From the NCBI RefSeq assembly GCF_041956535.1, contig NW_027192209.1, positions 198,092 to 262,091 of the forward strand: a stretch of 64,000 nt of DNA, in the 5' to 3' direction. This DNA is from Calcarisporiella thermophila CBS 279.70 (Eukaryota; Fungi; Calcarisporiellomycota). The position numbers were made by a program, and so were the translations under genes. The notes under the pieces are model-generated. The model had not been told where the DNA came from and searched no databases. It saw only the letters and a program-made list of their open reading frames with translations. Below, piece by piece: positions 52,410-64,000 of this stretch (the stretch's first letter is position 1; every line of letters starts with the position of its first letter).

Positions 52410-54421
52410 TCAACTCTCCTTCCCTTCTTCCTCCTTCTCCTCCTCCCCCTCCTCCTCCACAAATCCCCATGGGCGCTCGTTGCTCCCGGCCCTCAGAAGT
52501 GCCGCATCCTCCCTGCTGCACCGCCAGACTCTAACGGTTGCGTCGTCGGAGCACGAGGCCAGCAGCCCAATGTCCCGCTTGCACCAGTCCACGCTCGTCA
52601 CCTCGCCTTTGTGCCCCCTGAAGGCCATTGCGCCCCGTTCTGGCCTCTCTACCTCCCAGCAGTACATGTGGTCGCCCGCAGACCCACTGGCAATGAACTG
52701 GCCATCCGGCGAGACGGTGCATCGAATAAAGAAGCTTTTGCACCGATAATCAGGAGCGGTGAAGCGGCGGAGTGGCGCACCCAGGAAATGTGCATTATAC
52801 TGGTAGACGTGGTTGTCAAGGCTGGATGCAAAAATATGCGAGCCACTTGGGTCGAGCGTCATCCACGTTAAACCTATCAAAGAATGCAGGAAGCAACGAA
52901 AAAAAAAAACATTCCAACACGTTCTCAATAGAGCTCGAGATTGAAAAGAAAGAAGAGCCGGGAAATGACCACCCACCTCTCGGCCGTTTCGATTCCACGC
53001 TTTCCGAGCACGCAATCGGGGATGGGAAAGCTCGGAAGCTAGACCGCAGATCCCAGTACTTGATGCGCCCGTCAGACCCACCCGCCGTCGCTACCACGTT
53101 GTCCCTGTGCTTGACAAACGTCAGGGCCGTCACGCTGCGCTCGCTCATGGCGGTTTGTGCGATAGTCGCCGTGCGCCGCCTTTTAGACGAGGGCGTGATA
53201 GAGAACGCATGGGCATCGTTGATCTCGAAAATGGGTATCGTGGGGGTGCGAATATCCCACACGAGCACAAGGCCATCACGGGACCCGCTGGCCACGATAT
53301 CTGTGCGTATAAAAAGCAAGAATAACCAAAAGAAGACATCCATTTAGTATGAGGTTGTGGTTGAACCATCCCATGGGGTTCCTACTTGGATTGGAGGGAT
53401 CCCAGTTAACGCACTTGACGCTACATCTATTTCCGCGGAATTTGTAGAGCTCCCGCCGCGTTTCCACATCCCACACTCGCACCGTTTGGTCGCCGCTTGC
53501 TGTCGCCTGCAGAGAGGTTCAATGTAGTCTCACGGCTTCAGTCAAATAGAGAATACAAGAGATAACCCACCAGATATCGGTCGTCAGGACTCCATTGCAC
53601 ATCAAAGATCGCATTGTCATGTGCCGCCAGTTCGCTTCTCGGCGTTCCTGCAACGTAGAGTTTAATCTTATCTCTTCCTGATACCATCCATCTTTTTCAT
53701 GGCTTTGCCTCACTTACTCCACTCGATCGTCTGATCATATTTCGTGTCAATGAAGTACATCTTCCCCTCTTCGCTTGCAATGACAAGACTTTTCCCACTA
53801 TTTACATCTAAATCACTCATCAGTTAGGCTATGGCCCTCCCCAGAGCCAAATAAAAGGAGCACTTACGATTACTAAATACACATTGAAAGGGCGGTATAC
53901 TGTTCTGGAACTCATCGGTGATGGGATATGAATCGTGCTCGGTACTAATAAAGTCCCTGATTAAAAATCGTTTCGATACTATAAAAAAAAACGTAGCCGT
54001 TGAGGAGAGGCGTGTCAACAGGAGAAGGGAGATCGTAGAAACCTTTCAGTTGCCTATATGCGGTTTCCCGCGCCATGCATCCCACAGACGGGGGTAGAGC
54101 TGTTCTTAATGAAAAGCCCTTTTTGATCTTTCTCGGGAATAACGGTCGTGTCACCTTTCCATGCTCCTCATTATTTTCCGCCTTCGTTTCCCGTGATCTT
54201 TTTCTATGCACTAGAGCGGGGTCATTGGGGGGGATGTTGATGTGCGTGGCAGAAATGTCAGCAAAGGGCGTACGTGCCTCGAAGAGGGGAGCGGAAGTAG
54301 GCGCGGAGGCGGCGAGTGGCCGTTTGGCCTGGTCACCCCAGAACATGAAGAGTTTACATGTTCCGGGCGGAGGCTGGGTGGATTTCTTTCTTATGGTGAG
54401 CCGTGTTCGTTGCCTCGGCAT
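52410..54421 (-). CDS. CDT2: Cdt2/DTL WD40 substrate receptor of CRL4
   Basis: Multi-exon. AHDNAIFDVQW, ATASGDQTVRVWDV, SVKCV.W, SGSRDGLVLVWDIR, DGRIKYWDLR, SFFIR, GHKGEVTSVDW and SCSDDATVRVW. Confidence 0.88.
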
Positions 54422-54649
54422 AATTATACAAACAATAAGCTACTGCCCTTGGGAAGCAACGCTCAGAAATGATGAATTAAGAACAAGGCAATGTTGGGTC
54501 GTGTTTTTAAACTTTTTTTTGCAAAAATTCAACACGGCCTAAAAAAAATCGCGAAATTAACCACCCTCGACAGAAAATAATTTACGCGTATTAGGGAAGC
54601 CTGAAGCGTGTCAAGAATACGCACCCAAGGCCCATTAGAATTATTCACC
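54422..54649. promoter_or_regulatory. Bidirectional CDT2/SAS-6 promoter with SCB/E2F-like CGCGAAA (54550) and MCB ACGCGT (54584)
   Basis: 228 bp between divergent ATGs; both motifs read directly. Confidence 0.6.
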
Positions 54650-56557
54650 ATGGATATCCAGAATAGTAATGTCATATTCACCAAATCCATCGACATCTTT
54701 CTTAGCCCATCCGGCGCGCCTGATTTCGATCGCACCCCGCTCCACCGCCCTCTGCAACGCGTTACATTCGAAGCTAGCAAGAATCATACTCCGCGAGGAA
54801 CAGTAGGCTTGCACCATGTCTCTTTTTGCCTCAATGGCACTCAATAACAAGGACTTGTAAACAGTTGCTAGAGCTCAAACTCTTTGATGAGGACGATCCA
54901 TTTTTCATGTATCAGGTTGAGCTGTCAGAAGAGAGCTTTCGCTCCCTTAAACGGGAGCAACACCTTGTCGCTGACTTCCAACACTTCCCACATGAACTGG
55001 CCGACTTGCTGGACGAATGCGTTCGCAACGAACATGCTGATCCTCCCAGGTAAACCACTAGGCATCTCTTTTTTTGGGTCGTCCATGGAATTTACTCTTG
55101 GTGTAGATTTTCAATCCAGATGTGCTCTGACGGATTATCGCCTCACTCGACTCTCAGCATCACCGAATTCAATAGGTTCAAGCACATCACCCACCTAACC
55201 CTTGGCATGACGCGTCCGGAACACAGAATCATAAAGCAGAACTATATGCGGACCCTGAACGCCCTACGAGTATGGGATCCCTTTCCGTAGTCGCATCTTT
55301 AGGGAGGAATGCATGCTAAGCCCATCTTTGACTATCTTGGTTTTAGGTAGAAATTCAAACTCTAAGGTCCCAGGTGGATTCTTCCACTTCCGGCTATCGT
55401 GCTCGTCTCAATGCGGTCGAGGGGCTGAACAGCACCCTCTCTACAGAAATCGAGCGCGTGAAACGCGTCGCGAACGAGGAGCAGGCTCAATTGAAGTTGA
55501 AATTCGAGGCAGAGCGACGAGACATGGTAGACCATTACGAGCAGCAGGTAGCGTGGTAGCGGATTCAAGCGCGAGTCCGAGTTCAATTAACATAGTTTGT
55601 CTTTTTTTTCGAGAGAGAATAGGTCAAAAAATTGTCGGAATTGAATGAAGATTTACGAAAAGAACGCGACCTGTTGTGGACCAAGGTCTCGACCGTGGAC
55701 CAAGCGCAGCAGCAACGAATCGTGGATCAAACTAGGGGGTTGGAGGAGCAGCTTTTACAAGCAAAGAGTGAAGTCCAAAAAGTAAGCTAGATCCCATCTC
55801 ATCCCCGTCTCCCCAGCAATATCATAAAACCACACTGATGAAACTCTATCTCTAGGGGAATGAAATTATCCGAAAGCTCCAAGAGGAGCTTCGTTCGACC
55901 CATTCCAAGATGAAGATGAAAAACAAAGTCACTCTGCAGCAAGAGAAGCTCCTCGACGAAAAGACGGAGCTCATTGTACAGTTGCAGCAAGAAGTCGCAC
56001 TTTTGCGAGAGAATTTGGGACGAGAGCGCGAAGGACGAAGTGGTGGAGGGCGTCGGGTCGAGGATCTGGAACGGCAACTGGAGGAGAAACGAAAGATCAT
56101 GGATGATAATGCGCGAGGTAGGTTGCTCCTCCGGTTTGAATGAGGGCATAACCCCCTTGAACCAGCTAACTGTATACTTGCAACAGTGATAGAGTGGCTC
56201 CATAAACAGCTTAACGAGGCAACTGCAACGAACCCAAAGGTAATCACCCTAAATATACCCCCTCTCATCTCCCTTTTCTGCCGTTGTTGACGACCTCTTC
56301 TTTCTTTCAAGTTACCTGCTCTGGAATCCGCCCTCAAGCGCTCCACGCTCGGTCCCCTTACCAACCTCCCCTCCGCTACCACGCGATCAGCGGCCCCTCG
56401 TCGTGTCGTCTCGCAGCCGCTATCGATCCCCACGACAAATAATAACAACGCCTCCTTATACCCAGAAGCCAGTCCTCCGAAGCCCTTTGCTCTGCCCGTG
56501 TTGCGGGACGTCGGGAGATTAGGCAGTGGGCAGCCGGGCTTGTCGCGAGGAAAATGA
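54650..56557 (+). CDS. SAS6: Centriolar cartwheel protein SAS-6 (about 473 aa)
   Basis: Eight exons (54650-54802, 54865-55049, 55107-55269, 55347-55547, 55623-55781, 55856-56117, 56187-56239, 56312-56557). PISA motif DEDDPFFMYQVELSEESFRSLKREQHLVADFQHFP, TEFNRFKHITHLTL, GNEIIRKLQ, KNKVTLQQEKLL and VIEWLHKQLNE. Confidence 0.93.
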
Positions 56558-57101
56558 GACCACTAGGGGACGGCCCCCTTTGGGGTTATGGAATTCATTC
56601 CTGTCTTGTTATCCTTTCCTTGTGCATCGTTTCTGCTCACCGGTGTGCCTCCCTTGGCGGGCATTTGTTGTGTGGTTAGTAGATGTAACCTATCCATGAT
56701 GAATTCCTGGCTACAGACCTCTTTTTCATATGATCTTCGGAATCGCACACAAGTGTAAAAGCAAAGTAGAAGCGGGCCCAATGCGAACCCTCCTTCTCTG
56801 ATGCGCGTCTGCCTTGTGGGGGAACGCTCAGCAGCAAAGCCAAGGAGAGGCCGACTTGGCCTGTGCCCGGTGGGGCCGTTTTCCCTTTGGCCCCCCCTTT
56901 GCTTGCCCTTGCCATTAAGATTTGAGCTTTCTTTACCGGGAATTAGTCCTGTCGCACGAAATAAATTGCGCGCAACAGTTGCAGAGGGCAGAGCTGAACA
57001 CGAAAACAATAAAAAATAGAGATGGCTTTGATTTCCTTCGACATCCCCCTTCTTCTTCTCTCTTCTTTCCTCTCCTTCCCTCCCCATTCTTTCGCCGCAA
57101 G

Positions 57102-58110
57102 ATGAGCCCCCTGGAGTGGAAAAGGCGCCCAGACAGTGGCCATTTTCAGCTCGTTCCCTCACGTCCGCCCTCCTCCACGGGCTTGCCGGTCTTCCTTCAT
57201 GTCTATAGTCTAGTAAGTGCCAATCCCAGACATTGTGTTCATCGAGGCAATCCGCAAATAACAAGGCTCTGCATTCGAATGCTAGTTGCCACCAAGTGCC
57301 CTCTCGTTGATGGTGAGCTCGCTGGGGGTCGGGGTGTATCACACCGGAGTCGAAATTAGGGGAAAAGGTAAAATGCGGATTCTTTTTTTTTGCCCATGGC
57401 AAATCGCACTCTGGATCCCGATCCACTTACGCCCATGTATAGAGTATTGCTTCGGTGCGCACCCGTACAATTTTAGTGGCATTTTCTCGGTCAAGCCCAA
57501 GATTGGACCAAAGGGGGTTCGATACAAGTAAGTGTCTTGGAATGGCGATGCTTTATTAATGCTGAATTCCGGATCCCAATCTTGTAATGCAGAAAATCCA
57601 TCCTGATGGGATATTGCCAGCTGAACGATACTGAAATCAACAGGGTTCTACACCGGTTGGCGCAGAGCTTCACCGGCATGTCGTATCATTTGCTTGAGCG
57701 GTATTGAATTTATTTGTTTGGATTGCTCCTCTCTGAATTGCTCCAACCATCCTCTACCCTCCCGCCACTCTATAGGAATTGTAACCACTTTAGTTCGGAT
57801 CTGTGCGAGCAGCTAGTTGGCGTGGCCATCCCAGGTAGGTTCCTTCCTCTTTCTCTTGCTGGATAGCACGGGTCGGAATCGCTGACGGAATTCAATGCTT
57901 AGACTGGGTGAATAGAGCTGCTCGTGTGGCCTCTTGCTTTCCATTCCTTATACCTGCAGAGTTTATCAATCCTCCCGTGTTTGAACAAGGTGAGTGGCCT
58001 ATAGTACGAGAGTAAGCTTTGGGAGGGCAGTTTTGTTGATGACCTCTTTTGCAGAGAATATGGTCACGAGCGAAAAGCGCAAGTCCTGGAGAAGATCCTG
58101 GGTACGATAA
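57102..58110 (+). CDS. PPPDE/DeSI family peptidase (DESI2-like)
   Basis: Seven exons: VFLHVYSL, GVYHTGVE, EYCFG, YHLLERNCNHFS and WVNRAA; catalytic His and Cys present. Confidence 0.9.
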
Positions 58111-59353
58111 ACCTTACACATCAACCATTATATCCTTGCAATCCAATACCTCTTCTGAATAACCCCAACGCATCCCTCCTTCTATATCCTGTATACTATC
58201 CTAATTATTATTTTAACGGTCCCATATTCTGCATAGTATTTTAATGTAGTATTTTTTTTTCTTAAAGACACACTGCTCTTAATCCCCTATTTCTCTTTCT
58301 CTCCTTTTAATCACGAGACTGTAAAGTAAGAAAATAATAAACTTTGCCTGAGTAGATCCGGCCTCCTTCATCTTCCATCTCCTTCCTATCAGCAGCACGC
58401 AAGCGTAGGCTCTGCATCAGTGTAGTGCTGTAAACAGCCGTGTCCCGATTTTTCCAACCGGAGTTCTATGCCCAAATTTTGTGATTATTACATCCATTTC
58501 GCAAGGGATCACAGGGGAGAGTGGGAGTTGGGAAAAGAGTCCCCTAAAAGGTTTCATCCCATTTGACGGCCAAAATGATGAGCCAGTACACGTGTGTATA
58601 GGCCAGAGGTGGGACAAGTCAAGGTAGGTTCTCGACAGGCCTGATTTCATATTGACTGGCTTAATTCGATGCCACGAAGGACGAGGATGCGAACAGATTC
58701 AAGTCAGCTTTATTAAGGGTGAGGGGAGATGGTCGATATCCGGTTAGCTTGGGCGGTCATTCTGAAAAAGAAGAAAGGGTGGCGTTGTGTAGGTGTAACT
58801 GTATGTGCAAGTGTAAGTAGGGGATTCAAGATTGAGGTATGCATAGGCGTAGAGCCGTAATTCTAGACTCTGATAAAGCGTAGTTCTGGGCCATCAAGCC
58901 TCTGCATTCTTCGCCCAGTTTTTGGATCCTCTGATACGGCTCTCTCCCCCTTTCCTCCATTTGCGCATTTATCAGCAATTTGGTGGCAAATGACCGTGGG
59001 AGATTTCGAGGCAATCTATAATATAGATTATATTATAATCTGCACCTCGGTCTCAAATGGCCCAGGAGGGTGGTATTTGGCCACGACCAGAGGAGACCAA
59101 GGCCGATCGGCCGTAAGAGTGGGCGACTACGTTTCTTTTCCGGTTTTCGTATGCGTAGTAACGCTTGTGAAAACAAAAGGGTACGACGTCATGAACATAG
59201 CCCATTCTTAACACTCGGTGATTTTGGGAGGGGATGAGGTGGCGATAAGTGGTGGTACAGAGCACGGGGAGGGTGAGAAAAAATTATTCGAGGGGTATGG
59301 ATTTCTTATTTCCCTCTTAACCTCTGAATAGGAAGCAATACTAATAATATACT

Positions 59354-60027
59354 ATGGAGGTAATTGTCTGGAGAATTTCGGAGAATGATCCCGCCCATGA
59401 ACGGCGTTATACCTCGGGATATTCGCTCCCTTTCATGCTTGTTAATTGAACTCCATCTCACCTCTCTCATTGCTCTAGTCTATCCCTATAATCACCAAAA
59501 TACCGCCCATTGCAACCAAGCTCTTTGAGGCGAAAAAAGAAGAAAAATCTCACGTAAATGATGAATGCGGACTTTCCCCACTAGAGGGGATGACGGTGAG
59601 ATTAACCTCTACATCATCTTGGTTTTTCATTAGGTTTGCCGAGATTGGCCAACGGTTAGGGCGAGACGAAGTCTGGGTCGCTGCTGTCTTTTATGGCCAG
59701 GCCAAGCCTACCCCGCATGATGTGCAGCGCCTTGCCTCCATCCTCGATATGCCCCAGGCCTATATATGGGAGGACTATGGCCGACATTACTTCCCAGATC
59801 GGGGCGGCCTCATTTCGCAACCTCCATCGGATCCACTCCTCTATCGATACCATGAGCTCTTACAGATATATGGCTATCCCATGAAGGCTTGTATCCACGA
59901 AAAGATGGGCGATGGTGTGCCCAGCACCTCCGAAAGTATGGTAAAGGTAGAGCGTGTCGATAATGCAGGTGATATGCGAGTTCGTGTCACGCTCGAGAGT
60001 CGCTGGGTTCCTTACAATGCATGGTGA
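59354..60027 (+). CDS. CYN1: Cyanate hydratase (cyanase)-like, divergent, with an apparent 1-nt frameshift in an A6 run
   Basis: ME|SIPIITKIPPIATKLFEAK[+1]KKKNLT|FAEIGQRLGRDEVWVAAVFYGQA...PSDPLLYRYHE..YGYPMKACIHEKMGDG; introns 59360-59478 and 59554-59633. Confidence 0.8.
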
Positions 60028-60670
60028 GCGAAAACACAGGCCATTCTGACGAAAGACAACACGCTCTACTGATCAAGTAGCGCGATCCCGACCCTATTTA
60101 TCCCTACCCTGCCCAGGCCGCCTTTTTCTTTCTTATGACAATTCTTGTATACTTGCTTTTATTTGACACGGAGTGACGGAACAATTATGTGAACGGTGGA
60201 CGATTTTTTTTTATTATTTCGCTCTTCTCTGTTATACGAGAAAATAAAATAGCGCGGAATTGGATAGGGACATAAAAAGGATATTCATTCTATTGTCGGA
60301 ACGTTCTTTTGGGTTAAACGCCAAATCGACCACCGCTAATTCATGCAATGCTACACTTAATTTATCTCCTGATAAAAGACTTGCATTCATGCGTCCTTGA
60401 TGGGATAGCTTGTGGTGGGTCATGCTATAAGCCCCCACCCCCACCTTCGATCGGCCTTGGCCTTTCAGGTTCGGGGATATAATCCAGAAAACCATGAAGT
60501 GAGCGGTGGCTTTCATATCCATTTCTCTGTCCTGAAGTGGGTTGGCTGTATTATGTTTGGTCCAAACAACGTGTCGACCAAGAGGAATGATCAAATCACT
60601 TTGAGGTTTTTTAAAATATATATATATATGTATTCTGCATCCACATTGTAACAAAAAGTAGAAATATCAT

Positions 60671-61534
<864 letters not shown>

Positions 61535-61726
61535 CTAAGTTATTGACAGTTTGGATCAGCATTTGAATTTTTCCCAACACAAAGGCTGCAAATATCTGTA
61601 ATAGCCATCCACGCTCATCCATCCGTCTCCATCTCTAATCCATCCACCCATATCCCTTTATTGCCCAACGTTGTAATCCATCCAACACTCACCTAAAGCT
61701 GTTACGTGATGGGAAGAGAGGAAGAA
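61535..61726 (-). promoter_or_regulatory. RPL10 5'UTR intron (61535-61692) with GGATGGAT repeats, preceded by a CTCTCTTCCC pyrimidine tract
   Basis: Donor GTGAGT at 61692 and acceptor TAG at 61535. + strand ATCCATCC at about 61617, 61638 and 61676. Minus-strand TTCTTCCTCTCTTCCC at 61726-61711. Confidence 0.6.
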
Positions 61727-61946
61727 CTTCCAAATCTCTGTGGGTCCTTCGAATAAGTGAGGGGATTGGTGGCGCAGCAATTATTGAATGGAAACGCGTA
61801 TTTTTTTTATTCATAAATTTAGCGGATATTAGATCTCTTCGATCTAGCTCGTGTACCTGAGTCCTATGTGTGTTGAGTTCCCATTTTAGATCTCCATTCC
61901 ATTTTTCGTTTGCGATCTACATCTTTTCTACCATCCCCCGCCTGTA

Positions 61947-63325
61947 ATGGAAAAGGACCACAATCCACGTGATCTCAATCGCACGCAGCATTTGCTTCAG
62001 CTTGCTAACCGTGAAGGCTATGATCCGGATCAGGACCACCAAGAAAAGCGCTGGTTGAGGCGAGAATACCGTGAACTCTACACCCAGACCGAAGGTACTG
62101 AAAATTTTCCCCGAGATAAAATGTTATTACGCAGATGAGAGCTGATAATATATACTCTGTAGATAACAAACACACCATTGTTAATAATTCCGATGGATTG
62201 ATTGATATCCTGGGGCGTGCCAATGAGCTCTATCGGAAGGGTATAAGAAGCTCTTTCATTCCGCTGCTTTTGGATGGGCTGATGCTAATATTGTACATGG
62301 CTGATTGTGTATAGTTAAAAATACGCACGAAGCTGCGCTGGACTCTAAAGTGTTGATGCTCTCCAGCCAGCTTGGTCAGCAGCGTGCTCAAAATATCCTC
62401 TTTGGTTACGGTCTCTTCCAGCCAGAAACATTCGTTGAGAAACTTATTACGACTATGGGTGGACGGCAGGTGCGTGCACAGAGTGCCCATACGCATCAGC
62501 ATATCTGCGATTGGAGGACGATCGGATCCATAGCGACCAAATATGTTCAGCGAGCGCCGGCAATGGACTTCATGTACACATCCATCTTTATATATGTTTA
62601 GACACAGTAGGTGTCAAGGCCATTAACGTATGTGTATATTGAACAGACTGGGTCCTCTCTCCGTCGAACACAAGGATCGAAAAACAAGCCGAACCGTGCG
62701 ACAGGAAAAAAACAAGGCCGATCTTGTTAGACCCGAAGAGGTACTTTCTACCTTCTTTATGGTGGTGGTGGACTCTAACTAACTCATAGGTGTGCTCTTT
62801 TAGCTGAAAGAGGGAGACATTGAGCGCGTGGAGAATGAAACCACTAGAAATGTAATGTACATTGCACAGCTGCTAGAGCAAGTTTGTCCAATCAATTTCT
62901 TCGAATTCATCGTCAATCCCGAGTCCTTTTCTCAGACGATCGAGAATTTATTCTACCTCTCATTTCTAATCCGGGATGCAATGGCCAGTATCGAAGAGGA
63001 AAATGGCCAGCTTATTCTATGTGAGTAGTATGAGCCTTCACCCTTCCGAATTTTTTCTCATTTGCCCCTATGATCCACCCTAGGCCGCGTGGAAAAACCT
63101 ACTGCCGAAGACTACGCATTGGGGTTGGAGAAGAAGCAGTTGATCATGGACTTGGATATGCAGACATGGCGCGTAAGTTAGAAAGGGTTTCGGAGCCTCG
63201 GATGCAACGCTAAATCTTGCCCTAATCCCTTATAGGACATGATCGAGGCCTATAATATCACCAAGCCAGTCATTCCCACACGATCCTCCACTGCAGCTAA
63301 CCTAAGTAGCAAGTGGTATGGATAA
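61947..63325 (+). CDS. NSE4: Smc5/6 kleisin Nse4
   Basis: [65 protein letters not shown] and [25 protein letters not shown] at 61794 upstream. Confidence 0.92.
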
Positions 63326-63502
63326 TCCTAACGGTGGAAATCATATCCCCCAGCGAGTTGAAACTATTGCACTTTTGTTTGATACGACTTCTGTATATAT
63401 ACTATTTATTGCATTTTTTTTTTTTACAGCATGTGCGAATATAATGTTTATTTTTCATTTTAAGAACAGCAATCTATTAATCCAAAATAAAATAAATACA
63501 AG

Positions 63503-64000
63503 TTAACTTGACGACTTCTCCAGATCCCCATCCTGTTCGAGAACTCTGCGCCGTGTTTCCTCGATGGTGGCATCGCATGCGGCTATATCCTCGTTCACCT
63601 TGCGTAGTCGTGCCTCCAAATGAGCAATGTACTCCTCGTCAGAAATCTTTCGAAGAGGCGACCAGCTCTCTATCTTCAGCTTGCTTCCTTCTTGCTTGCT
63701 CTCGTGCGTCTCATTCCCGCCTGAATGTTCACGGTGGGCGTTTAATATCGCCTCTTGCCGCACATGCCTACCGGTGGTATAGAGAAACTGTACGGCTGTA
63801 CTTAATGCACCAAACAATATAAAGCCGCCAATTCCAGCTCGGGGTCCCTTCTGTAAAGTGCTAAATAGGGCTCCTGTGGTTGCCCCCGCCATCCCGCTAC
63901 TAAACAGGTCATCAGCATCGCGTGTCTGGGAATTTTTGAGGCCAAACTGCGGGTTTTTGATGCGTTGATAGGCCAAAAATGTCTCGCGAATACCTATACA
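63503..64000 (-). CDS. Fungal Tim17/22/23-like membrane protein, 3' part (5' end outside the window)
   Basis: SGMAGATTGALFSTLQKGPRAGIGGFILFG glycine-zipper helices and a WSPLRKISDEEY tail. Confidence 0.65.
   Translation of the reverse strand, partial: CIGIRETFLAYQRIKNPQFGLKNSQTRDADDLFSSGMAGATTGALFSTLQKGPRAGIGGFILFGALSTAVQFLYTTGRHVRQEAILNAHREHSGGNETHESKQEGSKLKIESWSPLRKISDEEYIAHLEARLRKVNEDIAACDATIEETRRRVLEQDGDLEKSSS

Noticed and set aside
56563-57426. 287-aa minus-strand ORF
   Set aside because: It is antisense to the DeSI exons and spans intergenic DNA, with non-protein-like composition.
59530-59545. Programmed -1 frameshift at an AAAAAAG slippery site in the cyanase gene
   Set aside because: Restoring the frame needs +1, the heptamer is not in the -1 register, and a homopolymer error is more parsimonious.

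Overview
Gene-dense, intron-rich eukaryotic DNA from a fungus. Sho1, Hsp12, Prm10 and Ish1-type genes point to fungi. An Npl4 with a C-terminal NZF finger and a SAS-6 point to an early-diverging lineage, probably Mucoromycota or Zoopagomycota, but the window cannot fix this. I resolved about 30 protein-coding genes by hand, most of them spliced with short GT-AG introns; exon boundaries are manual predictions. Most are housekeeping: PRM10, YDJ1, NOP14, NPL4, MGR2, SHO1, GPN3, RPS6, 6PGL, HSP12, PCC1, two tandem OPT/YSL transporters, TMEM69-like, HNT1, KHDC4-like, LETM1-like, CDT2, DeSI, cyanase-like, RPL10 and NSE4. I found no tRNA, rRNA, CRISPR array or intact transposon. Highlights: (1) an intact centriolar cartwheel gene SAS-6, with a coiled coil about 100 aa shorter than the human one as I recall it, head-to-head with CDT2 on an MCB/SCB-containing promoter; (2) a 2.4-kb block bounded by exact 24-bp direct repeats carrying a secreted C-C-CC-C-C knottin-like prepropeptide; (3) an LRR protein joining an eIF3c-N-terminal-like helical module to an LRRC58-like BC-box/Cys tail; (4) both ribosomal-protein genes share an animal-like TCT/5'TOP pyrimidine tract and a 5'UTR intron rich in GGAUGGAU repeats; (5) a stand-alone YG-repeat microprotein, a secreted protein with an NLS-like tract, and two single-base apparent frameshifts.
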